Positions 36,918-46,664 of a stretch of 64,000 nucleotides of DNA are shown here, piece after piece. The stretch spans positions 1 through 64,000 of IMG/VR virus record IMGVR_UViG_3300047160_004786; one strand, 5' to 3'. The notes beneath the pieces were generated by a model. It was not told the DNA's origin. It searched no databases and worked only from the letters and a program-made list of their open reading frames with translations. The position numbers and the translations under genes were made by a program. The stretch is from a virus. Its lineage: Duplodnaviria; Caudoviricetes. Numbering within the stretch: position 1 is the first letter of the stretch; every line of letters begins with the position of its first letter.

Positions 36918-38462
36918 GTGAGGGTGGACGTTGTCCATCCTCACTCAAATGGAGATAGTGTAGTGCCGGCTCTCGAATCGACGCCAATTGATTATTTTGA
37001 TTATGCACTCAAGTGCCTGCGTGAGGAAAGGAGTGCGGAGGCCGCTGCCAGCTTTGAAGGAATATTGTTTGAAGACCCTACGAACGTTGAGGCGTGGATT
37101 CATCGAGGAATCGCTTTACAAAAGATGGGAAATTTTTTCGATGCAATCGTCAACTATGACAAAGCCATTGAATTAAATCCTTATAGACCGGAATGCTATT
37201 GCAATAAGGGTGGGGCCTTTATGGCATTCGCTCAGAATTATTTTAGATCAAATAGACATACACAGGCGAATAAGCTTTTAGATCTGGCAATGAATTGCTT
37301 TGCCAAGTCAATACATATCAACGAAACTGTGCCTGAAGCATGGCTCAACATAGGAAATCTGCATCGTATTCGAGGAGAGATTCGTCTTTCAATCGATGCA
37401 TACAAAAAGGCCGCTGAATTACGCAGTAATTATGTAGACGCCCTGCTTGGCCAGTCCATATCTGAGCTTGAGTTGGGGGAGTGGGATACGGCGTGGGATC
37501 ATTATGAGATACGGTGGAAGTCAGGTCAGATATTTCCTCGCAATTTCCCGTTTCCGCAATGGGAGGGTGAGGATCTCAATGGAAAGTCGATATTGATTTA
37601 TGCTGAGCAGGGGTACGGGGATTCCATTAATTTTGCTTGTTTCGTCCCGGAGCTTAAACGCAGGTATCCTGAAGCAATTATAGATGTGGAAGTAAGGGCA
37701 CCGTTGGTACGATTGATGGGGACCTTGGGTGGAACGAGGAAGATCGTAACCAGTGGTGACAAGGTTGGTTCCTATGATTACGGCTCTCCCATGTTATCCC
37801 TGGCGAGGGTTTTAAAGATTCGACCGGACAATGTTCCGTCTCAGCACAGTTTCCTCACGGCACACCCAGATCACGTCAAGGTCTGGAAAGACAGAATAGA
37901 CGCCGACTTCAAGGGTTATGATCACAAAAATAAGCTTTTGGTTGGGATTTGCTGGTCTGGTCTGGCCAGACAGGGCAACCGTGGTGCATTGGAGATCGAT
38001 GCGAGGCGTTCGACATCACTGAAACAGTGGGCTTCATTGGGTACTGTAGATAATGTTCTTTTTGTCAGTCTTCAGAAGGATGGGCCTGTCAACGAGATCA
38101 GGACGCCTCCGTTTGGCATGATGATAAGTTATTATGCCGACGGATTGAATGACGGAATGGATGATTTTGCCGAGACTGCTGGTCTTGTGGAAAATCTTGA
38201 TATGGTGATTTCTGTGGATACTGCTGTGGTTCATTTGGCTGCGGCATTAGGTAAGCCGACATGGATGCTTTCTCGGTTTGACGGTTGCTGGCGTTGGTTG
38301 GGTGATCGTGAGGATTCTGTCTGGTATCCAACGTTGAGGCAATTTAGGCAGAAAAGAATTGGTGATTGGTCTGATGTGATGGAGAGGGTTGCGACCGAGT
38401 TAAAGGGGGTAGTGGCCGGCAAGTCGCCTATACCGTGGCTGGACGCTGCCAAGGCAGCATAA
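36918..38462 (+). CDS. TPR-repeat plus GT-B (GT9-like) glycosyltransferase
   Basis: N-terminal TPRs, EQGYGDSINF, VGICWSG, DMVISVDTAVVHLAAALGKPTW, CWRW..DSVWYP..FRQ..GDW. Exact start uncertain. Confidence 0.9.
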   Translation: MRVDVVHPHSNGDSVVPALESTPIDYFDYALKCLREERSAEAAASFEGILFEDPTNVEAWIHRGIALQKMGNFFDAIVNYDKAIELNPYRPECYCNKGGAFMAFAQNYFRSNRHTQANKLLDLAMNCFAKSIHINETVPEAWLNIGNLHRIRGEIRLSIDAYKKAAELRSNYVDALLGQSISELELGEWDTAWDHYEIRWKSGQIFPRNFPFPQWEGEDLNGKSILIYAEQGYGDSINFACFVPELKRRYPEAIIDVEVRAPLVRLMGTLGGTRKIVTSGDKVGSYDYGSPMLSLARVLKIRPDNVPSQHSFLTAHPDHVKVWKDRIDADFKGYDHKNKLLVGICWSGLARQGNRGALEIDARRSTSLKQWASLGTVDNVLFVSLQKDGPVNEIRTPPFGMMISYYADGLNDGMDDFAETAGLVENLDMVISVDTAVVHLAAALGKPTWMLSRFDGCWRWLGDREDSVWYPTLRQFRQKRIGDWSDVMERVATELKGVVAGKSPIPWLDAAKAA

Positions 38463-38475
38463 TGGGAGGTTTGGA

Positions 38476-39393
38476 ATGGAAGACTTGGCACCTGATTTCT
38501 CTCGGCCGACATCGGTCAATATGGACTGGAATAGCGGCGTTGGCACCGTGGAATATAACCAGGGTGATCGAGGACTGCTTGTCGCCTTCCGGTGGGAGCG
38601 GGTGAAGAACGATGCTAAGTCGGCTGAGCAAGGCAGGCCGATTTGGGAGAGGGTGCCGTTCGTTCGCATTCAGCACATTGGTGACCAGACGACGATCATC
38701 GAGCGGCCTGTCAAGACCACAGGGTTTGATGACGACAGGCGTCGGTTTCCTCGGCAGTGGAATGCGTTTCTGCACAATCAGGTTGATCTGCCCAATGGAA
38801 CACCTACCAGCGTTTTGTTTCCCAATCAGCCGGACATCGTCGGTAACCTTCAGTCCTGGGGTATTCACGTTGTGGAACAGTTGGCAGATGTCAATTCTCA
38901 CGGCATTGCCTCGATGGGTATGGGGGCTCAGGAATGGCAGAACAAGGCGAAGCGGTACTTGGAGGATGCGAAGCGTGGGGTCGATCACCATGCCTTTGAG
39001 ACCTACAAGAAGAACATGGAAAGGGAACTGAGGGTTCGGGATAATCAGATTCAGGAATTGATTTCCCAGATCAATAAGCTGACGGACGCCCTGGCCAACC
39101 AGTCGATCCATGTCCAGGGAGTGATCGGGCAGCAGGTTGTCACCGGCATTCAGCAGCCGCCTCAGACGAACCCCTTCCCGTTCTCGGCTCCGATGCATCA
39201 GCCGCCGCGTCAGCAGACGTTGGAAGAGATCCTTCGACCCGCTGAGGACGTGGTGGTCGGTCCTCTCGACCCGGAATCGATTGCTCCTCCTCCGGGTTTC
39301 TTCAGTGGGGATGTCCAGTCGGAGCAGATCGCCGCCAATCACCCAAGTGAATTGGTATTGCAGCGTCGTCCTCGCACGAGGCAGACGGTATAA
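38476..39393 (+). CDS. Conserved phage structural-module protein
   Basis: GGAGG RBS, RRRFPRQWNAF...GIHVVEQLA motif. Confidence 0.65.
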   Translation: MEDLAPDFSRPTSVNMDWNSGVGTVEYNQGDRGLLVAFRWERVKNDAKSAEQGRPIWERVPFVRIQHIGDQTTIIERPVKTTGFDDDRRRFPRQWNAFLHNQVDLPNGTPTSVLFPNQPDIVGNLQSWGIHVVEQLADVNSHGIASMGMGAQEWQNKAKRYLEDAKRGVDHHAFETYKKNMERELRVRDNQIQELISQINKLTDALANQSIHVQGVIGQQVVTGIQQPPQTNPFPFSAPMHQPPRQQTLEEILRPAEDVVVGPLDPESIAPPPGFFSGDVQSEQIAANHPSELVLQRRPRTRQTV

Positions 39394-39399
39394 GGAGGC

Positions 39400-39813
39400 A
39401 TGGGAATGAGCACTGATCAGGTACTGATGGGAATGGGGTTGCCGGCAGGACTAGCCGCTCGGATAGCGAATGCGGGGACTGGTCCTGTTTTGCAGGCGGC
39501 CGGGACCGGTAATCAGGCTGCGACTACCCCGATTGGTGGCAAGCAGTTTGTGGTTTTCATCGGCTCGCCTGGAACCGGTGGAAGCTTGAGACTGCCTCAG
39601 TTCGGTGGAAGTGATTTCGCCGCAGAAATTGCGGATGATTTCACGATTCACAATGGCGTCAATGCCAACGTCACGATCTACGCTCCGCTCAATGCCACGG
39701 TGAATATTGGCGGGACGCAGTATTCGGGCAACACCGGAATTGTGTTGGCGGCGTTCAAGACGCTGAGCTACTGGCCAATCAATGCAGTCCAAGGGTTCGG
39801 TCTTTCGGCGTGA
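39400..39813 (+). CDS. Putative virion protein
   Basis: AAGGAGG RBS, Gly/Ala-rich beta protein. Confidence 0.6.
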   Translation: MGMSTDQVLMGMGLPAGLAARIANAGTGPVLQAAGTGNQAATTPIGGKQFVVFIGSPGTGGSLRLPQFGGSDFAAEIADDFTIHNGVNANVTIYAPLNATVNIGGTQYSGNTGIVLAAFKTLSYWPINAVQGFGLSA

Positions 39814-39814
39814 G

Positions 39815-41182
39815 ATGCCGAGGCCGGATGAGGTTGCTCAGGCTTTAGGTCGGACCCAGCCTCAACCGGATCAGGCTGGTTCTGTCCAGAGGATGCTTGC
39901 GGCCTTGAAGGCTGATCCTTGGGGTGCTCCCAGTTTCATGGAGGGTGATGCCCCCAGTCAGTTCGAGGCGGTCACCAGCATTCCTCCCCTTTCGTTTGTG
40001 AAGGCTCCCATCAGGGGGATGTACAACGCCTATGGAGCCATTGCTCGTGGTGAGCAGCCTGATCCCGGTGATCTGCTTGCAGTAGCGGGCGGGGTTGGGG
40101 CTCCGGGGCTTGGCAAGGCTGCGGCTCCAGGCGAGGTGGCGTTCGGGGCTGGTCCTATCAGGGCTTGGCATGCGTCTCCGCATGATTTTGGATCAATAGG
40201 CGAGAGGCCGTTCAGCTTGTCGAAGGTCGGGACCGGCGAGGGCAATCAGGCATTTGGTCACGGGATTTATTCTGCTCAAGGCAAGCCGACAGCCGACTCG
40301 TATTTCGAGCAGTTTTCGAGGAGGCCGGTTCAAGAAGGGAACATGTTCTACAACGGCAGGCCGATTGATGAGAGGCACCCTGAGTTACCAACCCCTGACC
40401 TACAGAGCCTTGCCAAGGTTTTGGTTAATCGTGGCGACAGGTTGCATGAGGGAGATTTCGGTGCAGCCTGGGATGAAATGTCAAAGAGACGTACGGATCC
40501 CACTGGGGTGTTTGCTCATTTTGGAAGGAACCTAGATAAGATTGACCCAACTGGATTGTCGATAGGACCAAAGGCCAGGATGTATGAGTTGGACATACAC
40601 GAGAACCCGGAGAAATTACTTGATTGGGATGTGGGAACGACAAGGCAATCTCCGCATGTCAGAGGCGTGATGGATAGGCTAGATCTCACGAGGAAATTAC
40701 CAGATGCATCTGGTCAGAATATATGGAAGTATCTCGTAGGGGTACTTGAGAGAAAATATGGTGAAGGTGCTCCAGCGGAAGCCGCAAATATTTTGGATTC
40801 AGCCGGGATACCCGGCATCAAGTATCTCGACAGAGCGTCTCGGCTTGGAGGTGGAGGGTTGATACCCAAGCCTGTCATCCAGGCGTTGAACAAGCTGGAT
40901 TACCTCGGGTTCGATACCCCAGGCCAAGCCATGAGAGCGTTGCGTGAGAACCTGAAGGCCGGTCACAATCCAATGGACATATGGGACTTGAACCGGCCGG
41001 AGGATGCGGCTCACGCCAAGACCATCATGGACTATCTGCACAATCCGCCAAGTGCGACCCGCAATTATGTCTCATTTGATCCCAGCACGATTGAGATCAT
41101 AGGCAAGTACGGCATTCCGGCTGTGATGGGCCTGGGTGCGGCCGGGATGGAAGCAGTGAGCGGTGTCAAGGGGAAGAAGTGA
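39815..41182 (+). CDS. Probable ejected protein with an ADP-ribosyltransferase-like (ART-PolyVal-like) domain
   Basis: RAWHASPHDF..FSLSKVGTGEGNQAFGHGIY..GIPGIKYLD..TRNYVSFD pattern seen in phage polyvalent/MuF-associated ART domains. Confidence 0.65.
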   Translation: MPRPDEVAQALGRTQPQPDQAGSVQRMLAALKADPWGAPSFMEGDAPSQFEAVTSIPPLSFVKAPIRGMYNAYGAIARGEQPDPGDLLAVAGGVGAPGLGKAAAPGEVAFGAGPIRAWHASPHDFGSIGERPFSLSKVGTGEGNQAFGHGIYSAQGKPTADSYFEQFSRRPVQEGNMFYNGRPIDERHPELPTPDLQSLAKVLVNRGDRLHEGDFGAAWDEMSKRRTDPTGVFAHFGRNLDKIDPTGLSIGPKARMYELDIHENPEKLLDWDVGTTRQSPHVRGVMDRLDLTRKLPDASGQNIWKYLVGVLERKYGEGAPAEAANILDSAGIPGIKYLDRASRLGGGGLIPKPVIQALNKLDYLGFDTPGQAMRALRENLKAGHNPMDIWDLNRPEDAAHAKTIMDYLHNPPSATRNYVSFDPSTIEIIGKYGIPAVMGLGAAGMEAVSGVKGKK

Positions 41183-42168
41183 TGCCAAAGACCCTGCTTC
41201 AGATCATCAATCAGGTCCAGGGGGAGCTTGGTATTCCCCAGACATCTCCCATCGTGGGGAACCCTGATCCATCGACGCTGCAACTCTATAATCTTCTCAT
41301 TGGCCTCACGACTGAGTTGAGGAGAATGAAGTTATGGACGGTCTGCCAATGGGAGATGATTATCGAGGTGCCGCCGGCCAGTGTCTTTGTGGGGGATACG
41401 GCACAGAACAGCAACCAGATCATCAATATCTCGCCTCCGCTAGCGACCTTTCCCCAGTTGGTGCCTCAGCTATTCGTTGCGGATGTCCCATCGATCCCGA
41501 CCGAGTGTCGGGTTGCTGGGGTTGATTTCGGTAATAACATCCTTACCCTCAACATGGTGGCGACGGTCAATCAGACCCAGGTGACGTTCCAGCTTGCCCA
41601 GGACACGTTTTCATTCCCGCCAGATTTTGATTTCTTTCAGAACCGGACGATGTGGGACCGGACCAACCGATGGGAGTTGCTTGGCCCCGACAGTCCGCAG
41701 ATGGACCAGTGGCACCGGTCTGGCATTGTGGTGACTGGACCCAGGCGACATTTCCGCAAGCTGGGTCCTTACAGCAATGGCCAGTTTCGGGTGTGGCCAA
41801 GCCCGCTCGAACTGGTTACCAACATGCAACTTGTGTTCGAGTACATGAGCCAGAACTGTGTGGCGGTCGCCGGGTCGGCTAGTGAGCCAATGCCGGCGTT
41901 TGCAATGAACTTTACGACCGACACAGATACGCCTTTGCTGGATGACGACCTGTTGATCAAGGGGCTGAAATGGAAATTCTGGGAGATCAAGGGGTTCAAC
42001 TTCGCGGATATGAAAAACGACTGGCTTGACTATGTGGATGAGATGTATGCCCGGGACGGATCGCGGAAGACGTTGAACCTCGTGAAGCGGGTCAACCCGA
42101 TATTCCTGTCGCCGGCAAACGTCAGCGACGGCTTCTATCCTGGTCCGATTGGCCCAAACGCCATGTAA
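41182..42168 (+). CDS. Head-tail adaptor / tail tubular protein A-like
   Basis: TLLQIINQVQGELG N-terminus, LLDDDLLIKGLKWKF..KGF, and position. Confidence 0.7.
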   Translation: MPKTLLQIINQVQGELGIPQTSPIVGNPDPSTLQLYNLLIGLTTELRRMKLWTVCQWEMIIEVPPASVFVGDTAQNSNQIINISPPLATFPQLVPQLFVADVPSIPTECRVAGVDFGNNILTLNMVATVNQTQVTFQLAQDTFSFPPDFDFFQNRTMWDRTNRWELLGPDSPQMDQWHRSGIVVTGPRRHFRKLGPYSNGQFRVWPSPLELVTNMQLVFEYMSQNCVAVAGSASEPMPAFAMNFTTDTDTPLLDDDLLIKGLKWKFWEIKGFNFADMKNDWLDYVDEMYARDGSRKTLNLVKRVNPIFLSPANVSDGFYPGPIGPNAM

Positions 42169-42181
42169 TTCGGGGGTTTTT

Positions 42182-42715
42182 ATGGGTCGCAAGCTGGGAA
42201 CAAAGGCTGTCAATAAGCGTGATCCGGCCTTTACCAGGGCTGTTTTAGATACGATGCGGCTTGACCCTAAGACTGGCAGCTTGAGGTTCGAGGGGATGTA
42301 CGTATCGGCCCACCTGGATATCGGCTGGAAGGGCAGTGTGGTCTCGGTCCCGGTCTCGCATGTCGTCTGGTTGGCCGCTCACGGGAGGTGGCCGGCTGAG
42401 GGGTTGCACCTCGATCACCTCGATAATGATCCACTGAATAACAAGCTGGCGAATCTTGCGGAGGTGACGCACACCGAGAACCAGAGAAGGCGTCGAGGCC
42501 GCACTGTCAGCCATGCTTATGGGACCGGCAAATATGGCCATGGCATAAGCGTCAACATGGATAAGCGGGATGGTCGGTTCTATGTGTCCAGGCAGATGAG
42601 CCGTGGCCACGGGAACGGCGATCTGAAGAATGTGAGGGTCTCTTTGGGGGGATTTGCCACGCTGGCGGCTGCGGAGAGCAAGGTGAGACGGGTCATTCGG
42701 AGGCTCGACCACTGA
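42182..42715 (+). CDS. Free-standing HNH endonuclease (HNH_3-like)
   Basis: SHVVWLAAHG..LDHLDNDPLNNKLANL..VTHTEN. Confidence 0.88.
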   Translation: MGRKLGTKAVNKRDPAFTRAVLDTMRLDPKTGSLRFEGMYVSAHLDIGWKGSVVSVPVSHVVWLAAHGRWPAEGLHLDHLDNDPLNNKLANLAEVTHTENQRRRRGRTVSHAYGTGKYGHGISVNMDKRDGRFYVSRQMSRGHGNGDLKNVRVSLGGFATLAAAESKVRRVIRRLDH

Positions 42716-42894
42716 TGCCCTTCGCCAAGGTCTGTCCCAGGTGTGGGACAGCGTTCATGGCAAAGCAGCAGAAGGTCCGCTACTGCTCGCGGGTGTGCTC
42801 GTCGCATGCCGGGGGAGATCGGAGGGTAGCCGAGATCAAGGTGGAGAGGATCCGGCGGGCCATGGCGGCGGCCAAGAAGGGGAAGGGCCAGTGA
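42715..42894 (+). CDS. Small Zn-finger protein (59 aa, below the ORF-track cutoff)
   Basis: Hand translation MPFAKVCPRCGTAFMAKQQKVRYCSRVC..., TGATG overlap with the HNH gene. Confidence 0.6.
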   Translation: MPFAKVCPRCGTAFMAKQQKVRYCSRVCSSHAGGDRRVAEIKVERIRRAMAAAKKGKGQ

Positions 42895-43127
42895 GGGGCG
42901 TGCCAGGGCTCCAGGAGCCTCGCTGGTGAGCCTGACTGAGTTGAGGGTACATTCTAGCCTGGAGGACACCGGGCCTCTCCAGGCCGCTCCTGGAGCGTTT
43001 AAAGGGTGCATGGGCCGGCATCCTTGGACCGCTTATGAACGGGGCACTGTGCCCCCGCCCGCCCCGGCAGGATGCCTTTCTGGGAGGGGTCGATCCCCAT
43101 GCTGACCGGCCCAGAGACTGGGCGGGC

Positions 43128-44285
43128 CTACGGTGTCGGCTCGTGCTCGACCGTGTAGTCGTTCGTCACCCATCCCAGTGAGGCATCACCTCGGGGGTGG
43201 GCCTTGACGTTGATCCGCTGGCCACCGCAGTGCTTGCAGCGGAGAGCATTGCCAATCACCTCTAGCTCGTGGCCATCGCACAATGGTGACAATGGATGCC
43301 TCCAGTCTTTACGCAAGTGTGCTCGGACCATGGTGGCACGCCGCCGGGTGATGGCGATAGCCTCCCTGGCGACCCGCCTGTACCGCTTCACCGGGATGGT
43401 GAGGTGGATGATTTTGTGGTCGACAAATCGTCGCCACCGGCCATGAGCGACGTAACCATGATCCTGATGTATGACATCAGATACCGTGACGGGAAGACAA
43501 TTGATGGTCGCCAGGAGTGCCCACAAATAACGTAAGTCTGAGACCATCTCTCGGAGGGTGTGTTGTCCCTCTTGCTTGACGTATTCTTGCATTATCACTG
43601 GATCGTAGGCGGGATTGATTGTGACCGACACCGTGTCGGTCTGGTATTCCAAGACGCCGGTCAGGAGACCGGCGAAAGTCGGTTTTACTTTCGTTTCCTT
43701 ACCTTCCACGTCACGATAGAAAGTTCCTGGAAAGTCTATATCTGGTGTGGGCCAGGGAGGGGATCCCTGATCGACACGCCAAGTCCAGGCCAATGCATTG
43801 GCGTTGGGATACTCGGTTTTGACCCGTCTGCCGTCTATCCGGCCCATTCTTTCCGGGTTCCAGGCGTGCGACGAGCACTCGATGGCCATGAAGGCGGTTT
43901 CAAGCTGGGGATGCTGGAGTAGGAGCCATCCGTTGCGGTCTGGAAGCTCGGCTGGATCGAGATCGATGCCGGCTCCGTATTCCTCGACCGCACGTCTCGC
44001 CTTGGCAGCGAAATTGTACTCGATCCAAGTCACCGGGTGAGGGAGCCTTGACATCATTCGCATGCTATCGAGCAGCAAGCGGGCCTTTTCCGCCGTCTTG
44101 CATGTCAACAGGGAAGCGTATGCGAGGTCTGCCATGTGGGCAGACATGTCATCACCTAGGATGAACTTGCGAGCCTGGGCAATCTTGCTTGCCATAAACA
44201 TCTTCTTATCTGCTTTTCGTCCAAGTCGACTGAGGCAGTACCTCATGATCTTATCAGCCAGGGTAGGTGTGTCGTTTTTAGACAT
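43128..44285 (-). CDS. Phage hypothetical protein with a C-terminal VRAH.R...H.RG motif
   Basis: 385 aa, AGAGG RBS, RRATMVRAHLR...AHPRGDASLG. Confidence 0.7.
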   Translation of the reverse strand: MSKNDTPTLADKIMRYCLSRLGRKADKKMFMASKIAQARKFILGDDMSAHMADLAYASLLTCKTAEKARLLLDSMRMMSRLPHPVTWIEYNFAAKARRAVEEYGAGIDLDPAELPDRNGWLLLQHPQLETAFMAIECSSHAWNPERMGRIDGRRVKTEYPNANALAWTWRVDQGSPPWPTPDIDFPGTFYRDVEGKETKVKPTFAGLLTGVLEYQTDTVSVTINPAYDPVIMQEYVKQEGQHTLREMVSDLRYLWALLATINCLPVTVSDVIHQDHGYVAHGRWRRFVDHKIIHLTIPVKRYRRVAREAIAITRRRATMVRAHLRKDWRHPLSPLCDGHELEVIGNALRCKHCGGQRINVKAHPRGDASLGWVTNDYTVEHEPTP

Positions 44286-44353
44286 GTTTGGTCCTCTGTT
44301 ACATCGCACGTAGAGACGGCCTCTCGCACTGAGGTCGCCTCGGCTTGCGGTGC

Positions 44354-44659
44354 TCAGTCCATCCTCGCCACCTCGAACGAACCGTCGGGTTGGACGATGG
44401 CCACCCAGGCATGCAGGAACACGAGGATCCGTTCGTCCCGCAGCTTGGTCGAGGCCAGGAGCGGTGACGGTGGATCGCCTGGATACACGAGACCGTCGTC
44501 GGTGAGTTCGTGTCCCTTGAAGGGACGCCAGCCGCCGCCGTGAGCGTAACCCTCATCGAGTTGCTCACGAGCGGGCCGGGGGTCGTTCTCGTCCAGAAAG
44601 GACGGGATCAGACCGATATGATCGATGGTGGTCTTGGGGTGATGTTTGAACCAGATCAT
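44354..44659 (-). CDS. Small phage hypothetical protein
   Basis: AAGGAA RBS, YAHGGGW..YPGDP..VQPDGSFEVARMD. Confidence 0.7.
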   Translation of the reverse strand: MIWFKHHPKTTIDHIGLIPSFLDENDPRPAREQLDEGYAHGGGWRPFKGHELTDDGLVYPGDPPSPLLASTKLRDERILVFLHAWVAIVQPDGSFEVARMD

Positions 44660-44892
44660 AGTTCCTTAACCCTTTCGATTTGGAGCTTGACTACCTCATA
44701 GGGTCCGGTGCAGTTCACACCGGGTGTGCCGTAGACGGCCTTGCCGTTGGTGAGTTGTCTGAATGCGTCCTTGAGTGCCAAGTCCGGCACCAGGACGAAA
44801 TCACCCTTCTTGAAGGTGTTGATGACGCCGCTTGCACTCCATGTCTGAAAGTGTGCGGCCTCGCCATCGATCTTGTAGATGTATTTGGGCAT
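44656..44892 (-). CDS. Small hypothetical protein
   Basis: ATGA overlap with the downstream gene. Confidence 0.65.
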   Translation of the reverse strand: MPKYIYKIDGEAAHFQTWSASGVINTFKKGDFVLVPDLALKDAFRQLTNGKAVYGTPGVNCTGPYEVVKLQIERVKEL

Positions 44893-44893
44893 A

Positions 44894-45097
44894 TTACCTT
44901 CCCGGGATCATGGTCCACTGACCAATGGTGTTGCTGTTGGCGTCAACGATGCTGCCGTAGATCGAATCGCCGGCAGATGGGGCTCGATTGTCTTCGATGC
45001 GTTCCGCGATTTCCCGCAGGAGACGCACCACCTCGATCCGCCGGTCGCCATTGTCGGTGAAGGCGGCATTGTAGGTCTTGAAGCTCAACTTGAACAT
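44894..45097 (-). CDS. Small hypothetical protein
   Basis: AGAGGA RBS before MFKLSFKT. Confidence 0.65.
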   Translation of the reverse strand: MFKLSFKTYNAAFTDNGDRRIEVVRLLREIAERIEDNRAPSAGDSIYGSIVDANSNTIGQWTMIPGR

Positions 45098-45168
45098 CTG
45101 GTCCTCTGTTGCTAGGGTGACGTTGATCCCGCTGGAGCATGAGGTCCATCGTGCTCGCGGGAGAGATT

Positions 45169-45209
45169 GGCCCCGGTCCAATCTGTCGCCCTGGACCGGG
45201 GCCTTTTTT
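45169..45209 (+). terminator. Intrinsic terminator-like hairpin with a T-tract on the + strand
   Basis: GGCCCCGGTCCA...TGGACCGGGGCC followed by TTTTTT. Confidence 0.6.
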
Positions 45210-45411
45210 ATCGTTGGTCACCTACGGTGAGACCAGCCTCGATGGCTCCGTCGATGATGGGACCGACAAACCGGGGCTCGGCGGCGATGCCGTGCTCGCC
45301 CCAGGTCAGATCGACCTCGACGTTCTCATTGAGCCACTCTCGACCGGCCTCGGAGTTGCCGTAGATGATGACGACGCTGCCGTACCATTGGACGGTGATG
45401 TCGCTAGGCAT
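45208..45411 (-). CDS. Small hypothetical protein
   Basis: AGAGGAG RBS before MPSDITV. Confidence 0.65.
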   Translation of the reverse strand: MPSDITVQWYGSVVIIYGNSEAGREWLNENVEVDLTWGEHGIAAEPRFVGPIIDGAIEAGLTVGDQR

Positions 45412-45477
45412 AAGGTCTCCTCTGTTACGGGTATGGCACCCACTGATGCTGCCTCTCCAAGGCAGCATCGATTGGTG

Positions 45478-45927
45478 TCAGCCGTTACGAATGAAATCGA
45501 GTGCCTCCTTTCCTGATAGAGGCATCCGTTTGGTCTCGCCGGCCCGCTTAGCCTTGAGCTTGGCGATGCGGCCTCGGGCCTTGGCCTTGCGGCGGGCCTC
45601 GGCCTTGGCCAGGATCTCGGCCCGGGCCTTGTCGTCCTCGGCGTCACCGAGGGCACCCTCCTGGGTCCGTTGCAGGAAGACCGGGATGTCGAGCTTGGTC
45701 ACGGGAGCCGGCACTGTAACAGGCTCCGGTTCCTTGCTTGGTGCCGCCTTTGCCGCCGGCTTGGGTTTGGCCGGGGCCACCTTCTCATATCGCTTGACAA
45801 GCTTGTAGAGAGCCTGGAGCTTACCGTTAACTCTAACCAGATCGTTGATGATCTTCTCGCGTTTGAGAGCGTACTTGTTAATGTCGGCAATCGCTTGCTG
45901 GTGCCGACGTTCGATCAGGGTAGCCAT
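45478..45927 (-). CDS. Basic coiled-coil hypothetical protein
   Basis: AAAGGAG RBS before MATLIERR. Confidence 0.65.
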   Translation of the reverse strand: MATLIERRHQQAIADINKYALKREKIINDLVRVNGKLQALYKLVKRYEKVAPAKPKPAAKAAPSKEPEPVTVPAPVTKLDIPVFLQRTQEGALGDAEDDKARAEILAKAEARRKAKARGRIAKLKAKRAGETKRMPLSGKEALDFIRNG

Positions 45928-46111
45928 CCAGTATCTCCTTTCTGACAGCACGTACCTGTTCCAACTCTTCCTCGTCAGCCTGGATTACGAGGAGGTTGTA
46001 TTTGCGTCGTCGCGGATGCTTGAAGAAATCGATCCGCTTTTCAAGCTGGTCTATTCGATGGTTGAGGCAATCTACGATCACCTCAACCGCTTCCTGAAGC
46101 GTCGGTTTCAT
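45878..46111 (-). CDS. Small hypothetical protein
   Basis: GGAGGG RBS following a hairpin motif. Confidence 0.55.
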   Translation of the reverse strand: MKPTLQEAVEVIVDCLNHRIDQLEKRIDFFKHPRRRKYNLLVIQADEEELEQVRAVRKEILDGYPDRTSAPASDCRH

Positions 46112-46197
46112 TTGGTTCCCTCCGTGATGCGGCTGGAGCCCCCCATGCTCGTGCTGAGATCAGCAGAGAGGGCTCGGGTAGCATCACCTCCTTTCAA

Positions 46198-46563
46198 TCA
46201 ATCCCTTCCGAAACCGAGAGGGATGTCGGCCGCCTCGGCCTCGCTTGCGAGATCCCGAATGGTGCTGATGGCACTTTCCAGGTCGCTCTCGGCACCATCG
46301 ATCTCCAGGCCGCAGATAGTTTCAAGCTTTTCGCCCAGGGCGGATGAGGCGAGGTTTTCAGGAAGATTGTCCTTCCAGTCCTCAAACTCTTCTTGAATGG
46401 AACGGAGGTCCGCCAGGGCGTCAGTCAGGCGAGAGATAGCGTCCTCGATCTCCGAGGCGATGCTGTCCACCTCAGAGGCTGCTTCACGCCAGCGGTCGCC
46501 ACGGGTCTGCTTCTTGCTTTTGCGAGCGGGAGCGGCAGGCGTAGTGGGGGTCTGTTCAGACAT
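46198..46563 (-). CDS. Acidic coiled-coil hypothetical protein
   Basis: MSEQTPT start, EEFEDWKDNLPENL motif. Confidence 0.65.
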   Translation of the reverse strand: MSEQTPTTPAAPARKSKKQTRGDRWREAASEVDSIASEIEDAISRLTDALADLRSIQEEFEDWKDNLPENLASSALGEKLETICGLEIDGAESDLESAISTIRDLASEAEAADIPLGFGRD

Positions 46564-46664
46564 GTTCGTCGCTTTCGGTTGGTTCCCGCGATGATGCGGC
46601 TGGAGCCGTCCCCGCCTCGGTTGAGGCTGGGGAGCGGGAACGGCTCGGGTCACATCACCTCCTT

